64,000 nt of DNA from assembly GCA_965140445.1 (NCBI GenBank), contig OZ223236.1, forward strand, positions 4,896,001 to 4,960,000, in the 5' to 3' direction. This DNA is from Candidatus Ozemobacteraceae bacterium (lineage in GTDB: Bacteria; Muiribacteriota; Ozemobacteria; Ozemobacterales; Ozemobacteraceae). This document shows positions 10,821 through 19,581 of the stretch, in pieces. Each line of letters opens with the position of its first letter. The stretch's first letter is position 1. The notes beneath the pieces are model-generated. The model made no database searches and was not told the origin of the DNA. It saw only the letters and a list, made by a program, of their open reading frames with translations. The position numbers and the translations under genes are program-made.

Positions 10821-10940
10821 GATTCCAGCATCAGACATCGGAAGTCAGACTAGTCAAGTTGATTAACAAGTGCAGGCTGCAAAATGCTTAGCGTGAAAAT
10901 GCTATCCCAGGACTAGCCGAGTGCGATATCATACTGGATC
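10821..10940 (-). ncRNA. Putative structured leader/ncRNA of unknown family
   Basis: Nested minus-strand helices TCCAGTAT/ATGCTGGA, GATATCG/CGATGTC and GGCTAGTC/GACTAGTC, each with a G-U pair, enclosing short hairpins. Confidence 0.45.
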
Positions 10941-11002
10941 AGCAAACTTATTATATCCCCCTGATAAAAAAAATTCTATCCCAAACCAACACAAATCATA
11001 TT

Positions 11003-11018
11003 TGCAATTGGCATGCCA
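11003..11018 (-). promoter_or_regulatory. Sigma54 (-24/-12) promoter upstream of MBL hydrolase leader
   Basis: Minus strand TGGCATGCCAATTGCA fits GG-N10-GC, near-perfect consensus. Confidence 0.7.
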
Positions 11019-11093
11019 GATCTAATCTTTGAAATTCACCCGCAATCACTTAAAACTGCGACAATTAGATATAATTTGGGACAAAATTGTCAC

Positions 11094-11129
11094 AAAAAAA
11101 AGATTTGCTTCAAAATTTTGAAGCAAATC
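11094..11129 (-). terminator. Terminator-like perfect palindrome
   Basis: GATTTGCTTCAAAATTTTGAAGCAAATC (11102-11129) followed by a U-run on the minus strand. Confidence 0.6.
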
Positions 11130-11149
11130 AATGTTTAAATACAAAAAAA

Positions 11150-11455
11150 TCAGGAAAGGAGTTCGGAATTCGGTTTTGCAGCCTCAAGAGCAACCCTGGG
11201 GTTACTAACTGCGAAGTCTAAAACTTCCTTAAAATCCTCTACTTCTTTTGCTATTAATGCAACCTTAATAAGTCGCTGCCCTCTTTCCGGGTTTCCATCT
11301 ATTACACAATGGCAACCAAATGCGAAAAGATCGGCAAAAGCCATATCAGTATAATCTCTGTCCAGAGTATAGAAGGCCTCATGAATTTTTTTGGAAAAAA
11401 GCTCTTTTACAGCTTGCATTGTCATCTCACACACCTCATATTGAGAACAAAACAT
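11150..11455 (-). CDS. Hypothetical small protein
   Basis: Protein-like ORF followed by a terminator. Likely start MFCSQYEV at 11455 (track gives 11533). Confidence 0.55.
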   Translation of the reverse strand: MFCSQYEVCEMTMQAVKELFSKKIHEAFYTLDRDYTDMAFADLFAFGCHCVIDGNPERGQRLIKVALIAKEVEDFKEVLDFAVSNPRVALEAAKPNSELLS

Positions 11456-11691
11456 TGCACTAAGTCTTATTCGAAATTTATACACATTCACGAATAAGTC
11501 CAGTAATTGTAACATCAAAAAAAAAAATTTCAACCAGCATCAAAATCATTTCGAGTAGAAATTTGAAATTAAACTCGATTTTTTTAATAAATTTCCATTT
11601 AATTTGTCTTTTCACTAAAAATAAGCGACAATTACATTCTTTTGAAAAATAATTTTCTTTTGCTAGAATAAAACCAAAACGGACGTGCTTT

Positions 11692-13872
11692 ATGAACACT
11701 ACACCAAATGATGCCATAAAGAGCAAAAAGATTGCGATTGTTGGGAAAAGCTCACTTTTTCCAGCCACAAATAAAAATAATGCCTTTTGGCCAGCCATTA
11801 TTTCCTTAAAAGGGGTTTTGCCAGCTCTAGCTGCCAGGGAGTGGCCCTTTGGTGAGCTAATTCCAGATGAAACCCTTGGAAAATTAAAAGAATTTTTTAT
11901 GACCAGCGGATTGCTTTCAGATGGAAGTCTGGAAGGCAAGGTTTTTGAAATTCCTTCTGAAGTTTTAAAAATCAGCCAGGTTAAACCGGTTATTGCCTTG
12001 TTTTTAGCAAAACAAGCGCTTGAATCCACAAAAAGTTTTGCCAACAATAAAATTGATAAAAGCAAAATAAAAGTAACTTTTAACTCATCAAACAGCAATT
12101 CAGATGACCTGTCACAGCTGCCAGTTAAATTTGCAGAAAAATTTGGGCTTGAAGGAACAACTCTCGAAGCACCCTTGCCATCATCAATAGGAATTGAAAG
12201 CTTGAGCGTTGCTTTTAACGCCTTACAAAGCAATGAAACAGACCTTGTGCTAACTGGAAGCATTAGCGATATAAATACAGCGCTTTCAGTTATTGAAGCC
12301 TCTCTAATAGAAAGAACTTCCGATTTATTAAATTGCACCTTAATCGAAGGCTACGGCTTTACAGCCTTAAGGCGCCTCGAAGATGCGAAAAAGGATGAAG
12401 ATGAAATAATTGCTGTGATTTCGTCAGCAACAGGCTCTTCAATAACACTTGAGCTGCCACCCATGAATACTGCCGCCGGGAGAGAATCTGCGGATATAAA
12501 AGTCATCGCTACCCCACAATCATATGAAGCGTTTAAAGTTGCCCCACAAGGCAACTATGCTCCCCCTCTTAAAAATCCCGGAATGCTTCCACTTGATAAG
12601 CGACAAAAGTATCTTGAAGGACTAAGATATGTAAGCAATGCCTCCCTTTCAAATGTGAGTAATGAGGAAAGCAGTCTTAATAGAGATGAAGTAAGTTCTG
12701 TTTCATGGCTCGGTTCAAAGCTTGCGCAAATGTATCAAATACCAGAGTCATCCCCTGAACTTCTTAAGCAGGTGGTCAGCACGGAGCATTTGTCTCAATT
12801 TGCACGATTGCATCCAAAAGATATCGATTATGATTTCTCAAACAATTCCTGTCTGAACCTTCCTTATAACCCAGTATCAATAGAGATTTCTGAGTCAGAC
12901 GGAAAAGTAAAGGTTCAGGGTGCACCTGATGAAATGCTTGATTGGAAAAAAATCAAAAGTTGTTGGGTGAAAAGCACAGGATCAAACAGGTTTTTTCATG
13001 ACTTGATCGGGGTTTTAACAGGAACATTTGTTAATAGAATAGTTTTTGAAGACCCAATGGCATTGTATGAAGCAACTTCAAAGCCAGTTCTATTTCTAGC
13101 CAACCACCAAATTGGGATTGAATCTCCATTGCTAATGGCGCTTTCTTACGCTATCACCGGGCTTCCAATTCAGGCTGTAGCTAAGCCTGACCATGTAAAC
13201 ACCTGGTTAAAATTCTTGATGGCATTTGCAGAAGATTCTCTTGGAGCAGATCACCCATTTAAGCTAATCTTCTTTGATAAAACCAATCCCATGGGACTGA
13301 TTAATTCTTTAAAACAACAGGAGACTCTTGAGGCTTCTGTTCTAGTGCATGTTGAAGGAACTCGCGATCTTAAAGCCGGGCAGCCAGTAACAAGAATGAG
13401 CTCTATTTTCCTGGATCTTGCAATTGAAAAAGGAATCACCATTGTGCCCGTTAGACTGGTTGGTGGGCTTCCCCTTGAAGATGGCGGGGAAAGACTGGAC
13501 TTTCCATACGAAAACGGTCGCCAGGATTACTTTTTTGGGAAACCAATTTTGTCAGAACAGCTAAAAGCAATGCCTTACGGGCAGCGACCTAAGTTTGTTA
13601 TGGAAAAAATCAATTCTCTCGGACCTCTAAATGATGAGGATTTCCCAGGGAAACCAATCAAGAAGTTCGTTGAAAAACAAAATTTCTACATGACCAATTT
13701 GGGCATGCCAAAAATTCAGGCAATGCTGTTCTCTATTCTTGGTCTAATTGATGAACCAAGTGAAGAAACCATGCTACTTATGAACGAGTTAAAAACCGGT
13801 AAGTTTGATCCGAAAAGTCCAAACATACCTGATACTCTGAAGAAATTTTTAATGCACGTGGCAGCAAAGTAA
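11692..13872 (+). CDS. Degenerate ketosynthase-like domain fused to PlsC/AGPAT-type acyltransferase
   Basis: KS-like KIAIVGKSSLFP..FW and EGYGFTALRRLEDAKKDEDEIIAVI. Acyltransferase blocks FLANHQIGIE, HVEGTR, IVPV. Confidence 0.75.
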   Translation: MNTTPNDAIKSKKIAIVGKSSLFPATNKNNAFWPAIISLKGVLPALAAREWPFGELIPDETLGKLKEFFMTSGLLSDGSLEGKVFEIPSEVLKISQVKPVIALFLAKQALESTKSFANNKIDKSKIKVTFNSSNSNSDDLSQLPVKFAEKFGLEGTTLEAPLPSSIGIESLSVAFNALQSNETDLVLTGSISDINTALSVIEASLIERTSDLLNCTLIEGYGFTALRRLEDAKKDEDEIIAVISSATGSSITLELPPMNTAAGRESADIKVIATPQSYEAFKVAPQGNYAPPLKNPGMLPLDKRQKYLEGLRYVSNASLSNVSNEESSLNRDEVSSVSWLGSKLAQMYQIPESSPELLKQVVSTEHLSQFARLHPKDIDYDFSNNSCLNLPYNPVSIEISESDGKVKVQGAPDEMLDWKKIKSCWVKSTGSNRFFHDLIGVLTGTFVNRIVFEDPMALYEATSKPVLFLANHQIGIESPLLMALSYAITGLPIQAVAKPDHVNTWLKFLMAFAEDSLGADHPFKLIFFDKTNPMGLINSLKQQETLEASVLVHVEGTRDLKAGQPVTRMSSIFLDLAIEKGITIVPVRLVGGLPLEDGGERLDFPYENGRQDYFFGKPILSEQLKAMPYGQRPKFVMEKINSLGPLNDEDFPGKPIKKFVEKQNFYMTNLGMPKIQAMLFSILGLIDEPSEETMLLMNELKTGKFDPKSPNIPDTLKKFLMHVAAK

Positions 13873-13881
13873 ATCTGGAAT

Positions 13882-13920
13882 AAAAAAAGGGCCTGCAAAT
13901 TGTAGTTGCAGGCCCTTTTT
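13882..13920. terminator. Bidirectional intrinsic terminator
   Basis: AAAAAAAGGGCCTGCAA-ATTGTAG-TTGCAGGCCCTTTTT between convergent genes. Confidence 0.8.
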
Positions 13921-13935
13921 AATAAATAAACAGAT

Positions 13936-14436
13936 CTATTTTTTCAAAGATAACAAACCCACAAGCTCTTCAAACGCTTCTGAAATAGATTTACCAGCTG
14001 TATCTAATAAAATTCTTTCAGATTCAAACTCTTCAAATTCTCGATCAACAACTTCCTGCCAACATGGAAGAGAATGGCCTGATAAATCAGAAACCCTGTT
14101 TTCTACTCTTGTCTGGTGTTCTGTTGAATTTGAGCATTTAATTTCAATATCTATAAACTTAACCATAGCTTCAGAAGCAACCTTGTGATATGCATTTCTA
14201 GTAATTGCAATAGGGTTTACCGAATCGGTGATAACATCAAGTCCATTAAGCAAGTTATCTTTTGCCACAACAGAGGCAACCATATATCCTTCTGGCCCAT
14301 TAACGCTCTGTTCCGCTTTCATCATTGCATTCTCAATGCTATCAATTCGCAGATAAACAGCGCCAATTCTTTTGGCAAGCATCTTGGCAAGTGTCGTTTT
14401 TCCAGTGCCTGGAAGACCAGAAAAAATATAAAGCAT
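13936..14436 (-). CDS. AAA_33-type P-loop kinase
   Basis: SGLPGTGKTT Walker A, VITDSVN, small NMP-kinase-like size. Confidence 0.85.
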   Translation of the reverse strand: MLYIFSGLPGTGKTTLAKMLAKRIGAVYLRIDSIENAMMKAEQSVNGPEGYMVASVVAKDNLLNGLDVITDSVNPIAITRNAYHKVASEAMVKFIDIEIKCSNSTEHQTRVENRVSDLSGHSLPCWQEVVDREFEEFESERILLDTAGKSISEAFEELVGLLSLKK

Positions 14437-14537
14437 TTTTAAAACCTCATTTTAAATTTTCTGACATATTCCTGGATAAAAATCTTAGCTGCCTGATTTA
14501 ACTGTTAATGCCTGGAGCAGCTTACAAATTCATTAAC

Positions 14538-15107
14538 CTAGATTTTTTCTCCACAACCTGTACAGAATTTGTTGTCCGGTTTGAGCTGTTTTCCACATTT
14601 TCCACAGAAGGCTTCCTGTTTAATGGGAATTCCACAGCCTACACAAAATTTTGTTCCCGCTTTATTCTCTCTGTTACATCCAGAACACATAACAGAAGTC
14701 TCTCCTTTCAAATGCGCCGGGACAGGAGGTGGGGCATCCGGGGTTTTACCTGGCGCAGAAGTTTTGTTCCCTGATTCACCATTTTTTACATGCTTTTTCC
14801 AATCTTCATAAACATCTTCAGGTATTTTTGGAGAAACCGGAGGGGTAATTGAAATTTTTACTTCATCTTGTTCTTCGTAGTATTCTGAAGAAATTCCTTC
14901 AGGCTTTTTCTCTTCCCATGACTCTTGCTCTGGATCGTAAAACAACCACACCCCGGAGTCCTCATCGATTTTCCAGAGTTGTCCATTTTCATCCGTTACT
15001 TCAAGATCCGTGTCAACCTTTTCTCTCAGATCGTCTAGAGAAATAGCACCATTAACGTAAGCACGCTTCAATAGTTCAAATTCTTTTCTGGCTTGAGTAA
15101 AATCCAT
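14538..15107 (-). CDS. Double zinc-ribbon protein with Trp-rich N-terminal module
   Basis: Four CxxC pairs at the C-terminus (CSGC, CVGC, CGKC, CTGC) and DENGQLWKIDEDSGVWLFYD. RBS GGAGG. Confidence 0.8.
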   Translation of the reverse strand: MDFTQARKEFELLKRAYVNGAISLDDLREKVDTDLEVTDENGQLWKIDEDSGVWLFYDPEQESWEEKKPEGISSEYYEEQDEVKISITPPVSPKIPEDVYEDWKKHVKNGESGNKTSAPGKTPDAPPPVPAHLKGETSVMCSGCNRENKAGTKFCVGCGIPIKQEAFCGKCGKQLKPDNKFCTGCGEKI

Positions 15108-15119
15108 TTTGTGCCTCCG

Positions 15120-18100
15120 TTAATCAATCATAGAATTCATAGCGGAAATTCTTCCACCAAATGAATCTGCAAACTCGTTTAATGAGCTAAATCCGCTATT
15201 CTTTACCAGCTTTTCTACATAGGATGGAGATTTTTTCAGGTTGACTGCTTTTTCCATCAGACCGATAAGCTTGGACATTTTTGAATCATCCGCCTGCTTT
15301 TTCCCCATCATATCTAATAAAGAACGTCTGGGTTTATAGATATTCTTGTATTGCTTAACCAGCTGGCTCATTCCTTCCATTTTAAAGGATTCGGATTCTA
15401 TAAGGTTACCGCTTTTGGCCGAATCAACAGCTTTATTAAACCAGTGTTTGCCTTTATATGCAGCCGTCATACCGATTTGAGTTCCATCTTCAAGCTTTTC
15501 TGGCAAGCCTGATTTATCCATGATTTTATTAAAATCCCGGTTTTCCATTTTGCCATTTTCGTAGTTCATTTTCTTGCGGCCATAAGCCTCGGCATCTTTG
15601 CTATCAATGGCGTATTGGTCGTATTTGTCCATCAATTCGTCGGGAAGAAGGTCTTTAGAGTTTTTATGCCCAACACTTCGGTAAAGCTCTCTTCCGTAAA
15701 CATCTCTCAGCTTTTCTTTCGGATAGTCAACGGTCATTGTTTTTCCGAACTTATCCGTGTATTTATATTCAACCGAAATATCACGATCCGATCCAGCTTT
15801 AACCTTTTTACTCGCATTTGTAGCATTGGTCATCTTAAGGTCTTTAGACTTAACGTGAATCCCTTTAGCCTTTAAGTCCTGAATAATTTTTTTCTTAACT
15901 CGCTTATCAATTGAAGCGTATATCTTGCCAAGTTCTTTGTTGTAGGCGACCCTGACTTCTTTTGGCCATTTATTGATTTCTTTCAATGCAAATTTGTCTG
16001 ATTGAATGTCTAATAATTTTTGCTTTATAGCTTTCTTATCACCTGATTTAATCGCATCTTCAAATCCCGCGACCTTATCCTTGGCTTGTTTCCAGCCTTT
16101 TTCTGCGGCATCGTCAAGGTTGTCATCAATTTTATTCAGCTGCTCGGGTTTTATTCCTTTTTTCTTTGCAATTGCAGATGCTTTTGCCGCAAGGAATTTA
16201 AGAGCAGCAGCAGTTGCAACCGTTATAGCTGCTTTTTTTGCTGCCTCAATAACCGAAAGTTTATGAACGCTTAGATTGGCAATAAAATGGTATCCAAACT
16301 GAACTGACCACGCAATTGCTACAACTTTCTTATTATTGGAAAATTTGGCCACAAATTTGTCAGGATCAAGTGCAGTTGCTCCCATTTCAATGAACATATC
16401 CTTGATTTCTTTCCAAAAGGATTCTTCAAGCCATTGATCGAAGGATTTATCATTTCTATAAGCCTGGATTCCAGAAAGGACCAGGTCATAAATTTCTCCG
16501 GCAGCCATTGCCGCAAAAACGCCCATCTTTAGCTTATTCGTAAGAAGAAAGTCAGTAGCCATGCGTCCAGACCATTGAGCAAAATCCAGAGTGTTTTCGA
16601 TATATCCAGCCCATCGCTCAACATCTTCATAGCCAGAAAGCCCTTCAGCTTCCCATAAAGCCATCGCCATCTTCCAGGTTTTACGGCGAAGTTCATACAA
16701 GCCTTTTGCACCGAGGAACCTCGCCTGTTGATCCAGGAATTTGTCCATTCTTTTCCTGTGAGAATCCGGGAGCCTCGCAATAATTTTTCGGCAACGCTCA
16801 AGCTCAATTTCCCATGCGCGGCTTTCTACCTGCATCAAGTCCACATCTAGCATTAGTGGAATTTTCAGCTGGTGAGTTCCAGATCTGTCTCCCAGAGTCG
16901 CTGTAGCGTAATAACTTTCACCCTGCCCTGGAAGAAGAATTGAGGTTTTAACTTTATAAACAAAAGAAGACAGACTATCTTCACTGAACCCGCGAAGATT
17001 TCTCCAGCAATCGTCACCCGCCTTCAAGAAACTTTCTGGCTTAAACATAAGTCTGGAAGTAGCGAATGCTTTTGCCGAAAGTTGAGAGCTGGTTACTAAT
17101 TCAGTAGAGAAAAAGACTTCGCTAAGCAAATCAAAATCAGTCTGTAGTTTGCCACCAAAAGCTTTTACAGCGGTTATAGCAATTTCAGATTCGGTTTCGC
17201 CGTCTGCAGCAATACGTATAGGAGTTTGAGAAACAAGTATAAGCCCTTCTTTTGCAGTAGTAACCACAATAGTTGTTTTCGCTGTTTTTCCAGTTTCCTT
17301 ATTTTTAGCAAAAACTTGTAACTCAGAAGAAACAGACTGTCCAGCACCTTCTTCAAGCTTTTCTGCTTTAATTTTTATATTACATTCTCGTCTGGTAACT
17401 TTTTGACATTTAGCGTCTGCAATAGCCGACTCAATATCTGCAACAGGCTGAACACTAAATTCCCATTCACCTTCATCTACAGCCACAACCCAGGCTTTTA
17501 TTTTTGGATGTTCACTAGATCCTTCTGCAATAACAATACTTTTCTGGTTTAGATGAATCTCTGGATCTGGTGCTTTTAGAGCAATGTCAACCCTGCTTCT
17601 ATCGAGCTTTAAATTTTCAGGTGCACAAATTTTTATTGATACAGAATTTGGAAAACCAAGCCCGGTATCTCCTGAATAAAATTCAGAATCCAACTTATAA
17701 GAAAAACTTAAATTAAAGCTTTTATAACCGAAGCCTGAACTGGAATGGGAATCTTCAATATTTATAAATTCAGCCGCCGCTCCCTCTGCGATCAAAGTAA
17801 CATGGTTTAGAATGTCACCAGAATTCTCGTTATTTCCTGATAGAATAACGGATAAGCGCATATCTTCATGATTTCCGGCAAAAAGAAAATCTCTATCAGT
17901 TTCAACAGTTGCTTCTAAATCTTCTGTTTCATCCTGTTTTTCTTCGCCTTTCTCATCATCCTCTTTTCGGCCAGGTTGTTCTGGGGCAGTATCGTTATCA
18001 GTATTTTCCCCTGAACTATTTGCATCAGTCGCTTTACCAGTCACAGAGGCTCCAGCACCAGTAGCTGCACCTGCCAGACCAATCGCGACAAACATAAACC

Positions 18101-18749
18101 CGAACACTATCGTGCCGGGAATTGCTTTTTCTGACAAGGAAAATCCATCCATTAAACCCTCTTTACCAGGAGCTGGAACAGTTACTACTTTTACATTTTG
18201 CCCCTTTTCTGCGTCAGCAAAGCTTAAAAATAACAGTATCTGAACTTTATCCGGATCGGTAATTGATGGAATCTTCCAGTTTTTAACGGATTGAGAAGAG
18301 TTAGCAAAGCCATAAGCATTGTTAATGCTTTTATTGTGGTCATAAAGATTCAGCCCAAACTTGTAATTTGTGGTAAAGATAGGACGTTTATTTTTATCAC
18401 GACCAATAAGCTGTGGTTCGCTAGTTGCAAATTGAGGAATCACTGGAATATAAAATATAATATCGGGGTTTGATACAAATCTTGTAGCAGCTATAGCAAA
18501 TGTTGTATTGACTGGTCTTTCCTTCGTTTTAGATAAATCATTTAAATCGACAAGAATATTTTCTGTTCGACCTACTGCTGTAACAGTAAAGGTTAACACC
18601 TCTTCAAGCTCCTGGCGATAGTGTGAAAAACCGGTGATTTTATCTATATCTTCTGCCTGAGCATATCCAGGTAAGGTTCCAATTGAAATGGCAAAAATCA
18701 AAGATAAGCAAAAACGGGAAAACAATTGGTTAAAAATATTCTTATGCAT
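15120..18749 (-). CDS. Large membrane-anchored hypothetical protein (1209 aa), toxin-like architecture
   Basis: Likely start MHKNIF at 18749, overlapping the upstream stop. Signal peptide, TM helix, acidic linker, beta-rich modules, Ala-rich helices, Lys-rich C-terminal domain with GSDRDI. Confidence 0.8.
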   Translation of the reverse strand: MHKNIFNQLFSRFCLSLIFAISIGTLPGYAQAEDIDKITGFSHYRQELEEVLTFTVTAVGRTENILVDLNDLSKTKERPVNTTFAIAATRFVSNPDIIFYIPVIPQFATSEPQLIGRDKNKRPIFTTNYKFGLNLYDHNKSINNAYGFANSSQSVKNWKIPSITDPDKVQILLFLSFADAEKGQNVKVVTVPAPGKEGLMDGFSLSEKAIPGTIVFGFMFVAIGLAGAATGAGASVTGKATDANSSGENTDNDTAPEQPGRKEDDEKGEEKQDETEDLEATVETDRDFLFAGNHEDMRLSVILSGNNENSGDILNHVTLIAEGAAAEFINIEDSHSSSGFGYKSFNLSFSYKLDSEFYSGDTGLGFPNSVSIKICAPENLKLDRSRVDIALKAPDPEIHLNQKSIVIAEGSSEHPKIKAWVVAVDEGEWEFSVQPVADIESAIADAKCQKVTRRECNIKIKAEKLEEGAGQSVSSELQVFAKNKETGKTAKTTIVVTTAKEGLILVSQTPIRIAADGETESEIAITAVKAFGGKLQTDFDLLSEVFFSTELVTSSQLSAKAFATSRLMFKPESFLKAGDDCWRNLRGFSEDSLSSFVYKVKTSILLPGQGESYYATATLGDRSGTHQLKIPLMLDVDLMQVESRAWEIELERCRKIIARLPDSHRKRMDKFLDQQARFLGAKGLYELRRKTWKMAMALWEAEGLSGYEDVERWAGYIENTLDFAQWSGRMATDFLLTNKLKMGVFAAMAAGEIYDLVLSGIQAYRNDKSFDQWLEESFWKEIKDMFIEMGATALDPDKFVAKFSNNKKVVAIAWSVQFGYHFIANLSVHKLSVIEAAKKAAITVATAAALKFLAAKASAIAKKKGIKPEQLNKIDDNLDDAAEKGWKQAKDKVAGFEDAIKSGDKKAIKQKLLDIQSDKFALKEINKWPKEVRVAYNKELGKIYASIDKRVKKKIIQDLKAKGIHVKSKDLKMTNATNASKKVKAGSDRDISVEYKYTDKFGKTMTVDYPKEKLRDVYGRELYRSVGHKNSKDLLPDELMDKYDQYAIDSKDAEAYGRKKMNYENGKMENRDFNKIMDKSGLPEKLEDGTQIGMTAAYKGKHWFNKAVDSAKSGNLIESESFKMEGMSQLVKQYKNIYKPRRSLLDMMGKKQADDSKMSKLIGLMEKAVNLKKSPSYVEKLVKNSGFSSLNEFADSFGGRISAMNSMID

Positions 18750-19477
18750 CTTTAACCATCCCTTTCTTCTGTCGGAAAAATCCAATTAGTAAAAAGAGGA
18801 ACAAAATAGCGCCAACAATAAGATACGCAGGTGCCTCAGCCTCACCAGCCTTAAAAAGAAATCCTAAAGCAAATCCAGGCGAAGTTCCTCGAATGAACTC
18901 CTCAGCAGGCTTCAACCCACTGTTTAAAACAGTTGATTTATAAAAACGATTCCAGAAAAATTTGGCAAAGTAAGCAAGACCACTGGCTTCTGGAACAGCT
19001 CCAGCAAGAAAAGTTGAGACCATCAAAGTCAGTGTTATAAATGGATTTTCGAACAATCCCCCAGCAAAAACACCAAAAGCAACTCCCCAGGCAAAAGCTG
19101 TAGTAGCTGTATTCCTAAAGATGTTTAAATAGCTGAAAGCACTCTTAATAAATGAAAATACTTTTGCCTATTCCAATAAACCAAACTTTATCCACAAATG
19201 AAATACCAGTTAAAACCACAATTGAACTAAGCAAGCAGCCTTTAATGGTGTTTTGAGGGGATATGACAAAGTCCCGCAATAGATTTATTAACTTATCGTT
19301 TAAAAGATCGTTAGCTTCAAAATAGTTCAAAATCTCTGGAATCAAAAGAACAAAGGCTGTTGCTAGAACAGCCTTTAATGTATTTTTAAAAAAGTTTCTT
19401 AAATAACCCCTCATAAGCTCTGTCAAAAGCTGGGCAAAAGAATTTGGATAACTAACGGTTCTCGAATCTGCTTCCAT
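18742..19477 (-). pseudogene. Multi-pass membrane protein split by a frameshift
   Basis: ORF 19145-19477 continues as KVFSFIKSAFSYLNIFRNTATTAFAWGVAFGVFAGGLFENPF (ORF 18742-19056 frame) if one base is removed near GGCAAAAGTA (~19160-19168). Confidence 0.65.
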
Positions 19478-19581
19478 TCAATAATTTCCCTGTTGTTATA
19501 GTTTTATCTCATTGATATAATCCATTCCAAACAATGAGTAGAAAATTTAACACGTTTTTACCCCCATAAGAAGGCTCTTTA

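Noticed and set aside
10821..10940. 6S RNA, SRP RNA or tRNA identity for the structured element
   Set aside because: Shorter than typical 6S and lacking its central bubble plus long apical stem. No SRP domain IV motif, and no TTC T-loop or D-loop GG in tRNA positions.
11478..12338. 286-aa minus-strand ORF
   Set aside because: Antisense shadow of the KS-acyltransferase gene, with no recognisable motifs.
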